This document shows, piece after piece, positions 1-8,925 of a stretch of DNA of 64,000 bases. Under the pieces are notes generated by a model that saw nothing but the letters and a program-made list of their open reading frames with translations, was not told the DNA's origin and did not search any database. Each line of letters opens with the position of its first letter. Within the stretch, counting starts at the first letter, position 1. The stretch is from Candidatus Komeilibacteria bacterium. Lineage in GTDB: Bacteria > Patescibacteriota > Patescibacteriia > UBA1558 > GWA2-36-10. The stretch is taken from NCBI GenBank assembly GCA_018656065.1, contig JABHZY010000010.1, positions 4,638 through 68,637 of the forward strand. Direction: 5' to 3'. Position numbers and translations under genes: made by a program.

Positions 1-360
1 TACAAAGTTGATCTATCATCAATTGACGAGCTTCTGGATCACAAAAAGATTCTAACATTAATTCTGCTTCACCAGTTACGGCCCCTTGATTATTGTTAGA
101 CTGTTCAGAAACTTGTCCTAGGTTTTGTAATGTAGCTGGTAAATTTTTAAAAATTGGATTGAATATCTTAACATAATCTTTTAAAATCGGCGTTAGATAA
201 ATAGCACCAATAATTATTGGCGCTAAAATAAAAGCTGTTTTTATAAAGCCAAAAATAGTATTCCAAACAAATTTTCTTTCAATACGATGCATTCTCTTAT
301 CAATATCATCCAAGATTTGCTTATTTTCCTTAATAATTTGCCTTAATTCTTCATCTGTCA
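1..360 (-). CDS. hypothetical membrane protein (C-terminus runs off the window start)
   Basis: Own minus-strand translation from the ATG at 358-360: MTDEELRQIIKENKQILDDIDKRMHRIERKFVWNTIFGFIKTAFILAPIIIGAIYL... The frame stays open to position 1. One hydrophobic helix. Absent from the ORF track because there is no in-window stop. Confidence 0.45.
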
Positions 361-443
361 TAATTATTATGATTTAATCTTTATTTCTTTAATTATACCA
401 AAAAAATAGCCCTTAGACTACGCCAAGGGATATTTTATAAATA

Positions 444-1007
444 TTACCACCATTTATACCACTTTTTCTTTTTATGGTGGATTAATAAATTGAGTAAAGG
501 TAATTTCTTGGGTTTTGATTTTTTCTCAAAAATAATCACAATTAAATGAGCTAAACCCAAAATTATTAATAAGCCAAAAAATACAAGTAAAAATATCAGC
601 GGCCCAGACCAGATAAAATAACTTTCGCTGATATAAATAGTCAAAGGTATCTTTATGCCCGATATAGCATTAAAGCTTCTTTTATCTAAAGCTTTAGATA
701 AAACGGATATATGAGTTTTTTGGACACCTGGAGAAAAATTTTCAAAATCTGTAGTAATTTTAACTGGGCTAACTTGATCTGGCCAAAGTTCAAATTCATT
801 TGGCTCTATTAATAAATTATTAGAAAAATCATCTGCGTAAACACGTATTATTATTGGTTCTTGGGAAATATTTTTTACACTAATACTTTTTTCAAAAACG
901 TTTGGAGATAATAGATCAACAGACGATGGACTAACCGAAATTCCCACTGCCTGAGAAGGCAGAGGAAATAGAAACAAAATGAGTAATAGTAGTTTAAAAA
1001 ATTTCAT
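444..1007 (-). CDS. secreted/membrane-anchored hypothetical protein, second gene of the riboswitch-controlled pair
   Basis: Signal peptide MKFFKLLLLILFLFPLPSQA, C-terminal TM helix plus Lys-rich tail. 2-nt gap to the upstream gene. Confidence 0.6.
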   Translation of the reverse strand: MKFFKLLLLILFLFPLPSQAVGISVSPSSVDLLSPNVFEKSISVKNISQEPIIIRVYADDFSNNLLIEPNEFELWPDQVSPVKITTDFENFSPGVQKTHISVLSKALDKRSFNAISGIKIPLTIYISESYFIWSGPLIFLLVFFGLLIILGLAHLIVIIFEKKSKPKKLPLLNLLIHHKKKKWYKWW

Positions 1008-1009
1008 GA

Positions 1010-2776
1010 TTATTGATTAATACCCCAAAATATAAGTTGTCCATCTTTTTGTCCAATTGAATCAAAAGAATTTGGAATAGCTAAACTTACATTAACTGCT
1101 TGTGAATCTGATATTGGTAAATTAAGATTATAATCTTCCCAAACATTTTGATCTAAGCTCGTAAAATCTGTAAAAATTTGATCCCCTAAAATATTAGCTT
1201 CTATATAAACATCGACATTACCTGTATTAGACAAAGAAATAATAGTCTCGGATGATTGTCCAGGTCTAAGAGTGCCGAAATCAACAGCCGATTGATCTAC
1301 ACTAAAAGCAATCACATCATCACCTCCGGAGCTACCTGTCTCAATATTTACAGATAAATCCACACTATGAGACACGCCATTACCAACTATGATATATTCT
1401 TTATTACTTCTAATATATTGATCAGCTTGTGTAGAAAAGATAGGATAAACTCCATCGCTATTCAGAACCAAGGTAATTTGACCAGAGCTATCTGTTTGAT
1501 ATGTATCTGCTCCTAATATAATATCAGCGTCAATCAAAGGCAACCAAATTTCTCCATCATAATAATTAAAGCTAGCTATTAAAGTCTGCCCTGAATCAAA
1601 ATGAGTATCATTAAGTTCTAACTTAACTGGATAGAAAGGAAAACCTCCATAAGCCCATAATACTTCTTGACTACCTTCTAAATTATAATCCGTTACAGCT
1701 ACCATACCTGCTTGCCAATCAACAAAATATTGCCAACCTTCCATACCCTCTCCAGCAATACCGCCAATAGACGATACATAAACGCCATAAGCGCTATCCT
1801 CGGTAACATATTCAAAATCACAGACACTAGAGCCTACTTCAAGAAGTTCTAAAACTGTATCGGCTTCTAAATTATCAGCTAAACAAATAGTGTTATCTGG
1901 ACCTTCAATACGTAGACTATGACCAATAACTGGATCCTCTTCATCTAAAATTTCTATATAATTAACTGGGTAAGTACTATTAGTTAAAGCTAATAGGGCA
2001 TAGGCTGTAACCATAGAAGAACCTTGTTCATCACTAGGCATCCATAAAAATGAACCGTCATCTTGCCTTAAGCTTTCCAAAAAACTAACTGGATTATTAG
2101 AGTTTTTCTCCCAAGCACTAGCATCAATGCCAAATTTATTTAAAGCTGCAATAATCCAAGCTGTAGAAGCTCCATCGGACTGACTAGCTGTATCATAAGC
2201 AAAACCTCCATCATCGTTTTGAGTATTTTGCAAATATGCTAAAGCGCTAATAATTTCTGGTGATGAAGAATCGTAGCTTAAATCATATAAAGCCATAATC
2301 GCAGCTGCTGTATCATTACTATCAGATTCGCCACCAGCTGACCAAGACCAACCCCCGTCATTGTTTTGATTATTTAAAATAAAACTTTCTACATCTTCGT
2401 GTCCCGTCAGTTCACCAACTGAAGCCAAGGCCATAATTGACCAAAAATCATCATTAACTAAATCTGATGAACCAAATTGTCCGTTTTCTTTACTATCCTC
2501 TACTACAGAAACTAGCTGAGTTAGATTCTCGGTATCTTCAGAATTAATAGCTGCTAAAGTCAAAATATATTTTGCTGCTGTCATTAGATTGTCTGTTTGA
2601 TAATTCATATAGGAAATATCAATATCCGATACTTCAGCTGCAGCTAAAGCTTGGCTAATCCAAGTATTCTGACTCTGACCTTGCAAATAAGTAATAGTAT
2701 TATTGTTGTCGGCTAAAATTAAGCTTGGACTAACAAAAATTACTAAAGCAAAGATGATTAGAATAAGTTTTTTCAT
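1010..2776 (-). CDS. surface protein with alpha/alpha-toroid (prenyltransferase/transcobalamin-like) repeats plus a DUF4430-like beta domain; putative extracellular cobalamin-binding protein
   Basis: Signal peptide. Repeated NDGGWSW / DDGGFAY / QDDGSFLW motifs typical of alpha6/alpha6 toroid repeats. GWQYFVDWQ motif typical of DUF4430 (transcobalamin beta-domain-like). C-terminal Ig-like region. Sits directly behind a cobalamin riboswitch. Confidence 0.6.
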   Translation of the reverse strand: MKKLILIIFALVIFVSPSLILADNNNTITYLQGQSQNTWISQALAAAEVSDIDISYMNYQTDNLMTAAKYILTLAAINSEDTENLTQLVSVVEDSKENGQFGSSDLVNDDFWSIMALASVGELTGHEDVESFILNNQNNDGGWSWSAGGESDSNDTAAAIMALYDLSYDSSSPEIISALAYLQNTQNDDGGFAYDTASQSDGASTAWIIAALNKFGIDASAWEKNSNNPVSFLESLRQDDGSFLWMPSDEQGSSMVTAYALLALTNSTYPVNYIEILDEEDPVIGHSLRIEGPDNTICLADNLEADTVLELLEVGSSVCDFEYVTEDSAYGVYVSSIGGIAGEGMEGWQYFVDWQAGMVAVTDYNLEGSQEVLWAYGGFPFYPVKLELNDTHFDSGQTLIASFNYYDGEIWLPLIDADIILGADTYQTDSSGQITLVLNSDGVYPIFSTQADQYIRSNKEYIIVGNGVSHSVDLSVNIETGSSGGDDVIAFSVDQSAVDFGTLRPGQSSETIISLSNTGNVDVYIEANILGDQIFTDFTSLDQNVWEDYNLNLPISDSQAVNVSLAIPNSFDSIGQKDGQLIFWGINQ

Positions 2777-2796
2777 AATATTTTATTAATTGATAT

Positions 2797-3000
2797 AAAA
2801 AACTCTGCCAAGAAAAGCAGAGGTAAAGTTATTATTTATAATAATTTCAGCTCTTCTCTCCTTAGGAGAAAGCAAATATCTCAGGTGTCGGACTTTCTCT
2901 CTAGGAGATTACCGTAGCTAGGACTGCGGAGGATTTTCACCTCACTTCCCTGATTTGATTGTCAAATATTATGCAAAGCATAATGTGCAGACCCTGAATA
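2797..3000 (-). promoter_or_regulatory. cobalamin (B12) riboswitch with an intrinsic-terminator expression platform
   Basis: Minus-strand read: AAUCAGGGAAGUGAGGUGAAAAUCCUCCGCAGUCCUAGCUACGGUAAUC (plus 2911-2958) matches the conserved GGGAA..GGUGAAAAUCC..GC..CC..GCUACGGUAA core. GAAAGUCCGACACCUGA (plus 2881-2897) matches the B12 box (AGYCMGgAgaCCUGcc). 7-bp hairpin AUUAUGC-UUU-GCAUAAU upstream. Terminator CUCUGC-UUUUCUUG-GCAGAG-U6 at 2797-2822, about 20 nt before the ATG at 2776. Confidence 0.75.
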
Positions 3001-3062
3001 AAACTGAATGGGTCAAAGTATCTTGAGCTTATCACAAAAAAAATTGAACGACAAGTGTATAA

Positions 3063-3530
3063 CTATTTTTTACTAATCTTCTTTTTAAGTAATTGATTGA
3101 GTTCTTTTTGAAAAGTCTTAGCGTCCTTAAAAGATCGATAAACAGATGCATAACGAATATAAGCTACTTGATCAAAAGACTTTAATTTCTTCATTACAAT
3201 CTCTCCTAACTGCTTAGAAGTTATCTCGTTTTTAGCTTTTTTTTGAATATCCCTTTCAGTTTCGTTCACTAACTTATGAAAATCTTCTTCTAAATATTGT
3301 CTTTTTTCTAAGGAAGTTCTAAGACCCCTGATCAACTTATCTTTACTATAGTTTTCTCTATGTCCATCACGTTTAATAACTATCAAGTCTAAAATTTCCA
3401 TTTCTTCAATAGTAGAAAAACGAAAATCACATTTTTGACATGAACGACGACGACGAATACTAAAACCCTCGCCGCCTAGACGAGAGTCTACTACCTTAGT
3501 ATCTTTATGGTTACAAACTGGACAGTTCAT
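3063..3530 (-). CDS. nrdR: transcriptional repressor NrdR
   Basis: MNCPVCNHKDTKVVDSR zinc ribbon followed by an ATP-cone; typical length of 155 aa. Confidence 0.9.
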   Translation of the reverse strand: MNCPVCNHKDTKVVDSRLGGEGFSIRRRRSCQKCDFRFSTIEEMEILDLIVIKRDGHRENYSKDKLIRGLRTSLEKRQYLEEDFHKLVNETERDIQKKAKNEITSKQLGEIVMKKLKSFDQVAYIRYASVYRSFKDAKTFQKELNQLLKKKISKK

Positions 3531-4712
3531 TTATCGATTCTTTAATTTCTTGCGTAAGAAAGCTGGAATATCAAGCTCTTCTTCTTTTTTAGTTTTTGGA
3601 ATATCCTCTACCTCTTCTATTTTATCTTCTCTTGGTTTTTCAAAAGCTTGTTTAACTTTCCTCTCTTCAGATTTTTTAGCAAAAGTTTCTGGATGACTCA
3701 TAATTGGCTCTGAGGAAATATTAGCTTTTACTGGCGCATCATCACCAGCTTTAAATCCAGTAGCAATTACTGTCACCTTCACTTCATCTCCTAAAGATTC
3801 ATCAATCACAGTACCAAATATAATTTTAGCCTCTGGATCACAATTTGAAGTTATTACTTCTGCAGCTTCATTAACCTCAAACATAGAAAGGTCTGAACTA
3901 CCAGCAATAGTAAATAGTACTCCTGTAGCACCATTAATAGATAATTCCAAAAGTGGACTATCAATAGCGGCTTTAGCAGCATCACAGGCTCTATTTTCAC
4001 CACTAGCATTGCCAATTCCCATCAAAGCACTACCTGATTGATTCATAATAGCCTTAACATCTGCAAAGTCTACATTAACCAAGCCTGGAACAGTGATTAC
4101 TTCTGAAATTCCTTGAACACCTTGTTTTAACACTTCGTCAACAATTGAGAAAGCTTCTAAGAGGGATGTTTTTTTATCAATAATTTGTAACAATCTATCA
4201 TTAGGAATAGTAATAATAGTATCTACCTTATCCATTAATCTCTCTAAACCTCTTTCTGCTATATCTTTTCTATGCACTCCTTCAAATGTAAATGGTTTGG
4301 TAACTACAGCCACAGTCAAAGCCCCTGCTTCTCTAGCTAAATCAGCTATCAATGGTGCAGCTCCTGTCCCAGTACCACCACCTAATCCACAAGTAATAAA
4401 AACCATGTCAGCTCCATCAATCTTCTCTATAATATCTTGTTCATTTTCTTCGGCACTCTTAAGGCCTAAATCTGGATCCATGCCAGCTCCTAGACCTTTG
4501 GTAGTAGTTTTACCAATGTGAATTTTACTTGAAGCAATAGAACTATGTAATGCCTGAGCGTCGGTATTTACCGCAATAAAATCAACACCTCTAATTTTAG
4601 CAGCCACCATACGATTGATAGCCGATCCACCAGACCCACCAACTCCAACTACTTTTATGTTAGCAAAAGTCTCTACTGGAGGCACTATTTCTTTGATATT
4701 CTTTTTAACCAT
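3531..4712 (-). CDS. ftsZ: cell division protein FtsZ
   Basis: Tubulin signature [15 protein letters not shown]; NTDAQAL; C-terminal DIPAFLRK peptide. Confidence 0.97.
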   Translation of the reverse strand: MVKKNIKEIVPPVETFANIKVVGVGGSGGSAINRMVAAKIRGVDFIAVNTDAQALHSSIASSKIHIGKTTTKGLGAGMDPDLGLKSAEENEQDIIEKIDGADMVFITCGLGGGTGTGAAPLIADLAREAGALTVAVVTKPFTFEGVHRKDIAERGLERLMDKVDTIITIPNDRLLQIIDKKTSLLEAFSIVDEVLKQGVQGISEVITVPGLVNVDFADVKAIMNQSGSALMGIGNASGENRACDAAKAAIDSPLLELSINGATGVLFTIAGSSDLSMFEVNEAAEVITSNCDPEAKIIFGTVIDESLGDEVKVTVIATGFKAGDDAPVKANISSEPIMSHPETFAKKSEERKVKQAFEKPREDKIEEVEDIPKTKKEEELDIPAFLRKKLKNR

Positions 4713-4757
4713 TATTTTATAATTTTAAATAAATATAATATTACACTTAGATGAAAT

Positions 4758-6008
4758 CTAAGCGGAAGGCCATAAAGATTTAAGCCATCTTTTCATTTTA
4801 TCTGTAGTTTGACCAATTGCCGAAATATCAGTCAAAAAATTACCACCACTTTCCATATTTTTGTCTGCCCAAAGTACTAAGCCTAGAGCTGTAGTATATT
4901 CTGTATCATTTAATTTATCAATAGGAAAATTACTATCTACTGGCATGCCCAAAAATACTGGAAGTTCTAATGTCTCTTTGGCTAAATCAACTATCAATGG
5001 CATTTTAGCTCCCCCGCCGGTTAACACAATACCTGATGGTAACTTACCATCTCGATTAATGCTTTTCAGTTCATCTTTAATTAAAGAAAATATTTCTTCT
5101 AACCTAGCCTCACTTATTTCAGCTATATCTTTTTTATAAACATAAGAACCCTTCTTTTCATCTTCAGAATATTTATGAAGATCAACTTCGTCTCTTTTAG
5201 AAATACCATCGCTTATTGCTTGACCATGATCTCTCTTAACAGCCTCAGCTACATCTACCGAAGTTTTTAAGCCAATAGCCAAATCATTAGTAATATGTCC
5301 GGCTCCAACTGGCAAAACAGCTGTATGTAATATATTCCCTTCTTCAAAAATAGCTAAAGAAGTAGTGGCTGAACCAATATTTACTACCGCCACACCTAAT
5401 TCTTTTTGCTTGGCAGTTAAAACTGCTTCGGCTGTAGCTAAAATTGAAAAAACAATAAATTCTATATCTACTCCTGTTCGATAAATTACCTTGGTCATAT
5501 TTTTGACCTGAGATGATAGAGCCATTACTATTTGTGTGGCTACCTCTAAACGCACACCACTCATACCCTGAGGCTCTTTAATATCTTTTTGATCGTCTAA
5601 ATTATAACTAATAGGTAAAACATGTAATATCTCATAATTTGGCATAGTAGTAGTACTCTCAGCAACCTCTAAGGCTCTTTCTACATCGGAATCTTCCACT
5701 TGTTCATTGGCTTTAGCTACGGCTACAACACCTTTACTAGCCACTGTCTTAATATGAGCACCTGAGATACCTACTACTATCTTATCAATGCGCACACCTG
5801 TCATGCGTTCACATTTTTCTATAGTTTCAGAAATAGAAGAAACAGCATCTTCAATAGAATTAATGCTTCCTCGAATGATTCCCTCGGAAGGTGTATCTGC
5901 AGCACCAATGATCTTAAGGCGGCCATCGGGCATCTTTTGCCCCATGACTATCCTAATGGCGTTAGTGCCAATATCTAAACTGGTTATTATGTCTTTATTG
6001 CTGGCCAT
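4758..6008 (-). CDS. ftsA: cell division protein FtsA
   Basis: Actin-like ATPase motifs (LDIGTN..., GGGA), directly upstream of ftsZ. Confidence 0.9.
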   Translation of the reverse strand: MASNKDIITSLDIGTNAIRIVMGQKMPDGRLKIIGAADTPSEGIIRGSINSIEDAVSSISETIEKCERMTGVRIDKIVVGISGAHIKTVASKGVVAVAKANEQVEDSDVERALEVAESTTTMPNYEILHVLPISYNLDDQKDIKEPQGMSGVRLEVATQIVMALSSQVKNMTKVIYRTGVDIEFIVFSILATAEAVLTAKQKELGVAVVNIGSATTSLAIFEEGNILHTAVLPVGAGHITNDLAIGLKTSVDVAEAVKRDHGQAISDGISKRDEVDLHKYSEDEKKGSYVYKKDIAEISEARLEEIFSLIKDELKSINRDGKLPSGIVLTGGGAKMPLIVDLAKETLELPVFLGMPVDSNFPIDKLNDTEYTTALGLVLWADKNMESGGNFLTDISAIGQTTDKMKRWLKSLWPSA

Positions 6009-6062
6009 TTTATGTCTTATGATTATTAATTATAACTAAATTATCTCTATTTGCCAAATTAT

Positions 6063-6404
6063 TTACGCTAAGAATACTATAAAACCAATTGCTGCCGCGA
6101 AAAGTGAAACTAAGAGCACCATGGCTGCTAATAAATCTTTCACTTCTTTAGCAAATTTATGAGTACGTGGCGCTAACATATCTACTAGTCTTTCAATGGC
6201 TGAATTAAAAATCTCCAAAGCCATAACCAAAGCAATAATCATCAAAATTACTACCCAATAAATTTTTTCAATACCCTGATACCAGGAATAAGCGACTACT
6301 AAAATGGCAATTATAGTATGTAAACGAAAAGTTTTTTCAGTAGAGAAAACTGTTTTCAATCCCCGAAATGCGAACCTGAAATTTTTATAAAATTGCCAAT
6401 CCAT
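6063..6404 (-). CDS. dgkA: diacylglycerol/undecaprenol kinase family protein
   Basis: 113 aa, three TM helices, NSAIERLVD motif. Confidence 0.75.
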   Translation of the reverse strand: MDWQFYKNFRFAFRGLKTVFSTEKTFRLHTIIAILVVAYSWYQGIEKIYWVVILMIIALVMALEIFNSAIERLVDMLAPRTHKFAKEVKDLLAAMVLLVSLFAAAIGFIVFLA

Positions 6405-6406
6405 AA

Positions 6407-6832
6407 TTATTTATTTAATTTACTCAATATCTCCTGCTCAACTCGTTCCTGTTTTTTAGCTTCCTTATTATTTATTTCGTGATCATAGCCTAATAAATGT
6501 AATATCCCGTGAACTGTCAAAAGTTGTAATTCAGCTTTGTAGGTATTATTCTTTTCTTTCGCCTGGCGGCGAGCCTGGCTTAGGCAAATTAATACTTCTC
6601 CCAAAATATAATCATCATCTAAAACAAAAGATAAAACATCAGTTACTTTATTTTTCTGGCGATAAACCTGATTTAAGTTAGTTATTTCTTTAGCATCTAC
6701 CAAAGCTATGGAAATTTGTTTTTTTAATTTATATTTCTGTATAACAATTTTCTCTAACTCAGCTAACCAAGAAAAATCTATTGACAATCCTCTCTTATTT
6801 ATATTTAATAATTTATTCTTCGTCATCTTCAC
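6407..6832 (-). CDS. ybeY: rRNA maturation endoribonuclease YbeY
   Basis: HGILHLLGYDH zinc-binding motif. Confidence 0.9.
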   Translation of the reverse strand: MKMTKNKLLNINKRGLSIDFSWLAELEKIVIQKYKLKKQISIALVDAKEITNLNQVYRQKNKVTDVLSFVLDDDYILGEVLICLSQARRQAKEKNNTYKAELQLLTVHGILHLLGYDHEINNKEAKKQERVEQEILSKLNK

Positions 6833-7967
6833 CAGAATTATTATTTACCGCTGACCATTCAAAACTATTTAACATCATTTCAAAAATACTATCAAAATTA
6901 GCGCTACCCAAAGAACCTGTATCATAAGAAATGATGTGTATATAATCACCGTGTATACTTATTACTTTCCTACCATCTCTGGATCGCAACGCTCCTTCTC
7001 CAGCTAAGCTATAGTTATCAAAATTAGCTGATGACCCTAAAATATCTGCATTTTGAACTAAGGCTTCGCTAAGTGAAAGATTACCTGAATTATTTACACT
7101 TGATACAGAAAATGACTCGCCAGTTTCTGTATTTGGAATTACTAATATTTCTGCTAAATTACCACCATCTGCTTTAGCTATCCAAGTCTTTGGCCTAAGT
7201 AATAAATAACCATAAATACTATTACTAAATCGTATTACTAAACCAGAAGTTAGCAAGTCTTTACCTGGAAGTAATGGATTAAATAAATTTACTATTTCTT
7301 GACCATCTTTATAACCATCTTTATCAGTATCTTCTAAATTTGGATTTGTTGAAAAAACCAATTCTTCCTCATAGCTCAAACCATCATTATCAGAATCAAA
7401 AACTATTAAATCCTCTGGATTATCATTTGTATTTTCATTTATATTCTCGTTTTGATTAATATTTTCGTTAGTATTCTCATTAGTATTGGTGTTTTCATTT
7501 ATATTCTCGTTTTGATTAATATTTTCGTTAGTATTCTCATTAGTATTGGTGTTTTCGTTAGTATTTATATTTTCATTCTGATTAGTAGGCTCATTGGTGT
7601 TTTCATTTGTAACTACTGGTTGATCATTATTTAAAAATGGAACACTCTTATTAGCAAAAAATAAAACGCCTGCAATTACTACTATAATTAATAAAATTAA
7701 TCCAATAGCAATTAACAACACCTTTTTACCAGAACCACCACTAGGACCAGGGCTAGCTCCGCCAACATTTTTTTGTTGACTGGCTGCAACAAATTTACCA
7801 GGCATAGAATGAACATTGATACTTTCTTTTTTAACTCCCATTTCTGCCTTCAGTTCATCCATACTTGTTTTCTCACCAGCCAAATCTCCACTGGCCTTAG
7901 GCTTGATATCTTCTGAACCAGCTAAGTGATTCATTACTTCTTTTTTTGATTCTTGTTCATTTATCAT
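6813..7967 (-). CDS. membrane-anchored surface protein with an Asn/Glu/Thr-rich repeat tract and thrombospondin type-3-like Ca-binding repeats
   Basis: I moved the start to MINEQESKK (ATG at 7965-7967), so the gene no longer overlaps the upstream gene's stop at 7972. One TM helix. NENTNTNENTNENINQNENI repeats. DSDNDGLSYEEE / DTDKDGYKDGQE motifs. Confidence 0.65.
   Translation of the reverse strand: MINEQESKKEVMNHLAGSEDIKPKASGDLAGEKTSMDELKAEMGVKKESINVHSMPGKFVAASQQKNVGGASPGPSGGSGKKVLLIAIGLILLIIVVIAGVLFFANKSVPFLNNDQPVVTNENTNEPTNQNENINTNENTNTNENTNENINQNENINENTNTNENTNENINQNENINENTNDNPEDLIVFDSDNDGLSYEEELVFSTNPNLEDTDKDGYKDGQEIVNLFNPLLPGKDLLTSGLVIRFSNSIYGYLLLRPKTWIAKADGGNLAEILVIPNTETGESFSVSSVNNSGNLSLSEALVQNADILGSSANFDNYSLAGEGALRSRDGRKVISIHGDYIHIISYDTGSLGSANFDSIFEMMLNSFEWSAVNNNSGEDDEE
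7441..7560. repeat. 2 x 60-bp near-perfect tandem repeat inside the Asn-rich coding tract
   Basis: 7441-7500 and 7501-7560 are identical except at 2 positions. Confidence 0.95.
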
Positions 7968-7971
7968 AATT

Positions 7972-8901
7972 TTATATATTTTCGTTAGTATTTGATGAAC
8001 CATCCTCTTCGTCCTCTTCTCCATTGTCTGGTAATTTTCCATTACCTAATGGATTATAGCCATTAGACACCTCCATGCCGTCTTGATAAGTATCTCCATC
8101 GGTATCTGGATCATTTGGATCTGTCTGATATATAATTATTTCTTCATGATCGCTAAGGCCATCATTATCAGTATCACTAGACAATGGATCCGTATAATAT
8201 GTTTCTATTTCATCTTGATCAAAGACACCATCATTATCAGTGTCAGCCTCCATTGGATTAGTGCCGTACACCCTCTCCAATCCATTACTTAAACCATCAT
8301 AGTCGTCATCAAGATCGTCATCATTAGCAACTGGCTCATCATCATCGATTATATCTTCTTCATTAGTATTCTCATTATCATTAACTAAAACTTCTGTATT
8401 TATATTATCATCTACAGTACTACTAAAATCTTTATCTTTTAAGAAAAAATAATAAACTGCCCCACTTACTATAGCCAAAAGTGCAATCACTAAAACAGCT
8501 ATTATGATTTTCCTTATAGGACTAGATGCTCTATCATCAGTAACCATCATAGAACTAGCCGGCGGAATATTTGGTGTCTGGGCCATTGCTTTTGGCGCTA
8601 CTGGCTGAGGAGCCGGTGTTGCTGGCTGAGCACTCGCCTCTGGACTAGGCGCACTAGTTTGAGAAACCGGTTTAATTTTACCAGATTGAATAGCGCTAGG
8701 CTTATTTGGATCTACTGCCCCATGATTAGCAGGCGTTGGATCTACATCACCAAACATATCATCAATCTTAGCTGGCTGAGGAGTAGAAGCTGGTGTTGCT
8801 GGCTGAGTACTCGCCTCTGGACTAGGTGCACTAGTTGGAGGCGTAGGCACCGCAGGCTCTGGCGCCGTTTGATTATTGTCTTTTTTTAAATCATCAAACA
8901 T
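7972..8901 (-). CDS. Pro-rich membrane-anchored protein with thrombospondin type-3-like repeats
   Basis: Repeated APSPEAS(T/A)QPATPA, one TM helix, DTDNDGVFDQDE / DTDNDGLSDHEE / DTDGDTYQDGME motifs. Confidence 0.65.
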   Translation of the reverse strand: MFDDLKKDNNQTAPEPAVPTPPTSAPSPEASTQPATPASTPQPAKIDDMFGDVDPTPANHGAVDPNKPSAIQSGKIKPVSQTSAPSPEASAQPATPAPQPVAPKAMAQTPNIPPASSMMVTDDRASSPIRKIIIAVLVIALLAIVSGAVYYFFLKDKDFSSTVDDNINTEVLVNDNENTNEEDIIDDDEPVANDDDLDDDYDGLSNGLERVYGTNPMEADTDNDGVFDQDEIETYYTDPLSSDTDNDGLSDHEEIIIYQTDPNDPDTDGDTYQDGMEVSNGYNPLGNGKLPDNGEEDEEDGSSNTNENI

Positions 8902-8925
8902 ATTTAAAAGTTAATTTATAATTTA

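Noticed and set aside
4297-6039. Plus-strand ORFs 4297..4521, 4861..5139 and 5788..6039
   Set aside because: They lie entirely antisense within ftsZ and ftsA. Their translations are low-complexity Ser/Pro/Ala-rich and they have no start context.
7380-7640. Possibility that the regularly spaced short repeats are a CRISPR array
   Set aside because: The repeats are contiguous with no unique spacers, lie in-frame inside a long ORF, and encode an Asn/Glu/Thr tract.
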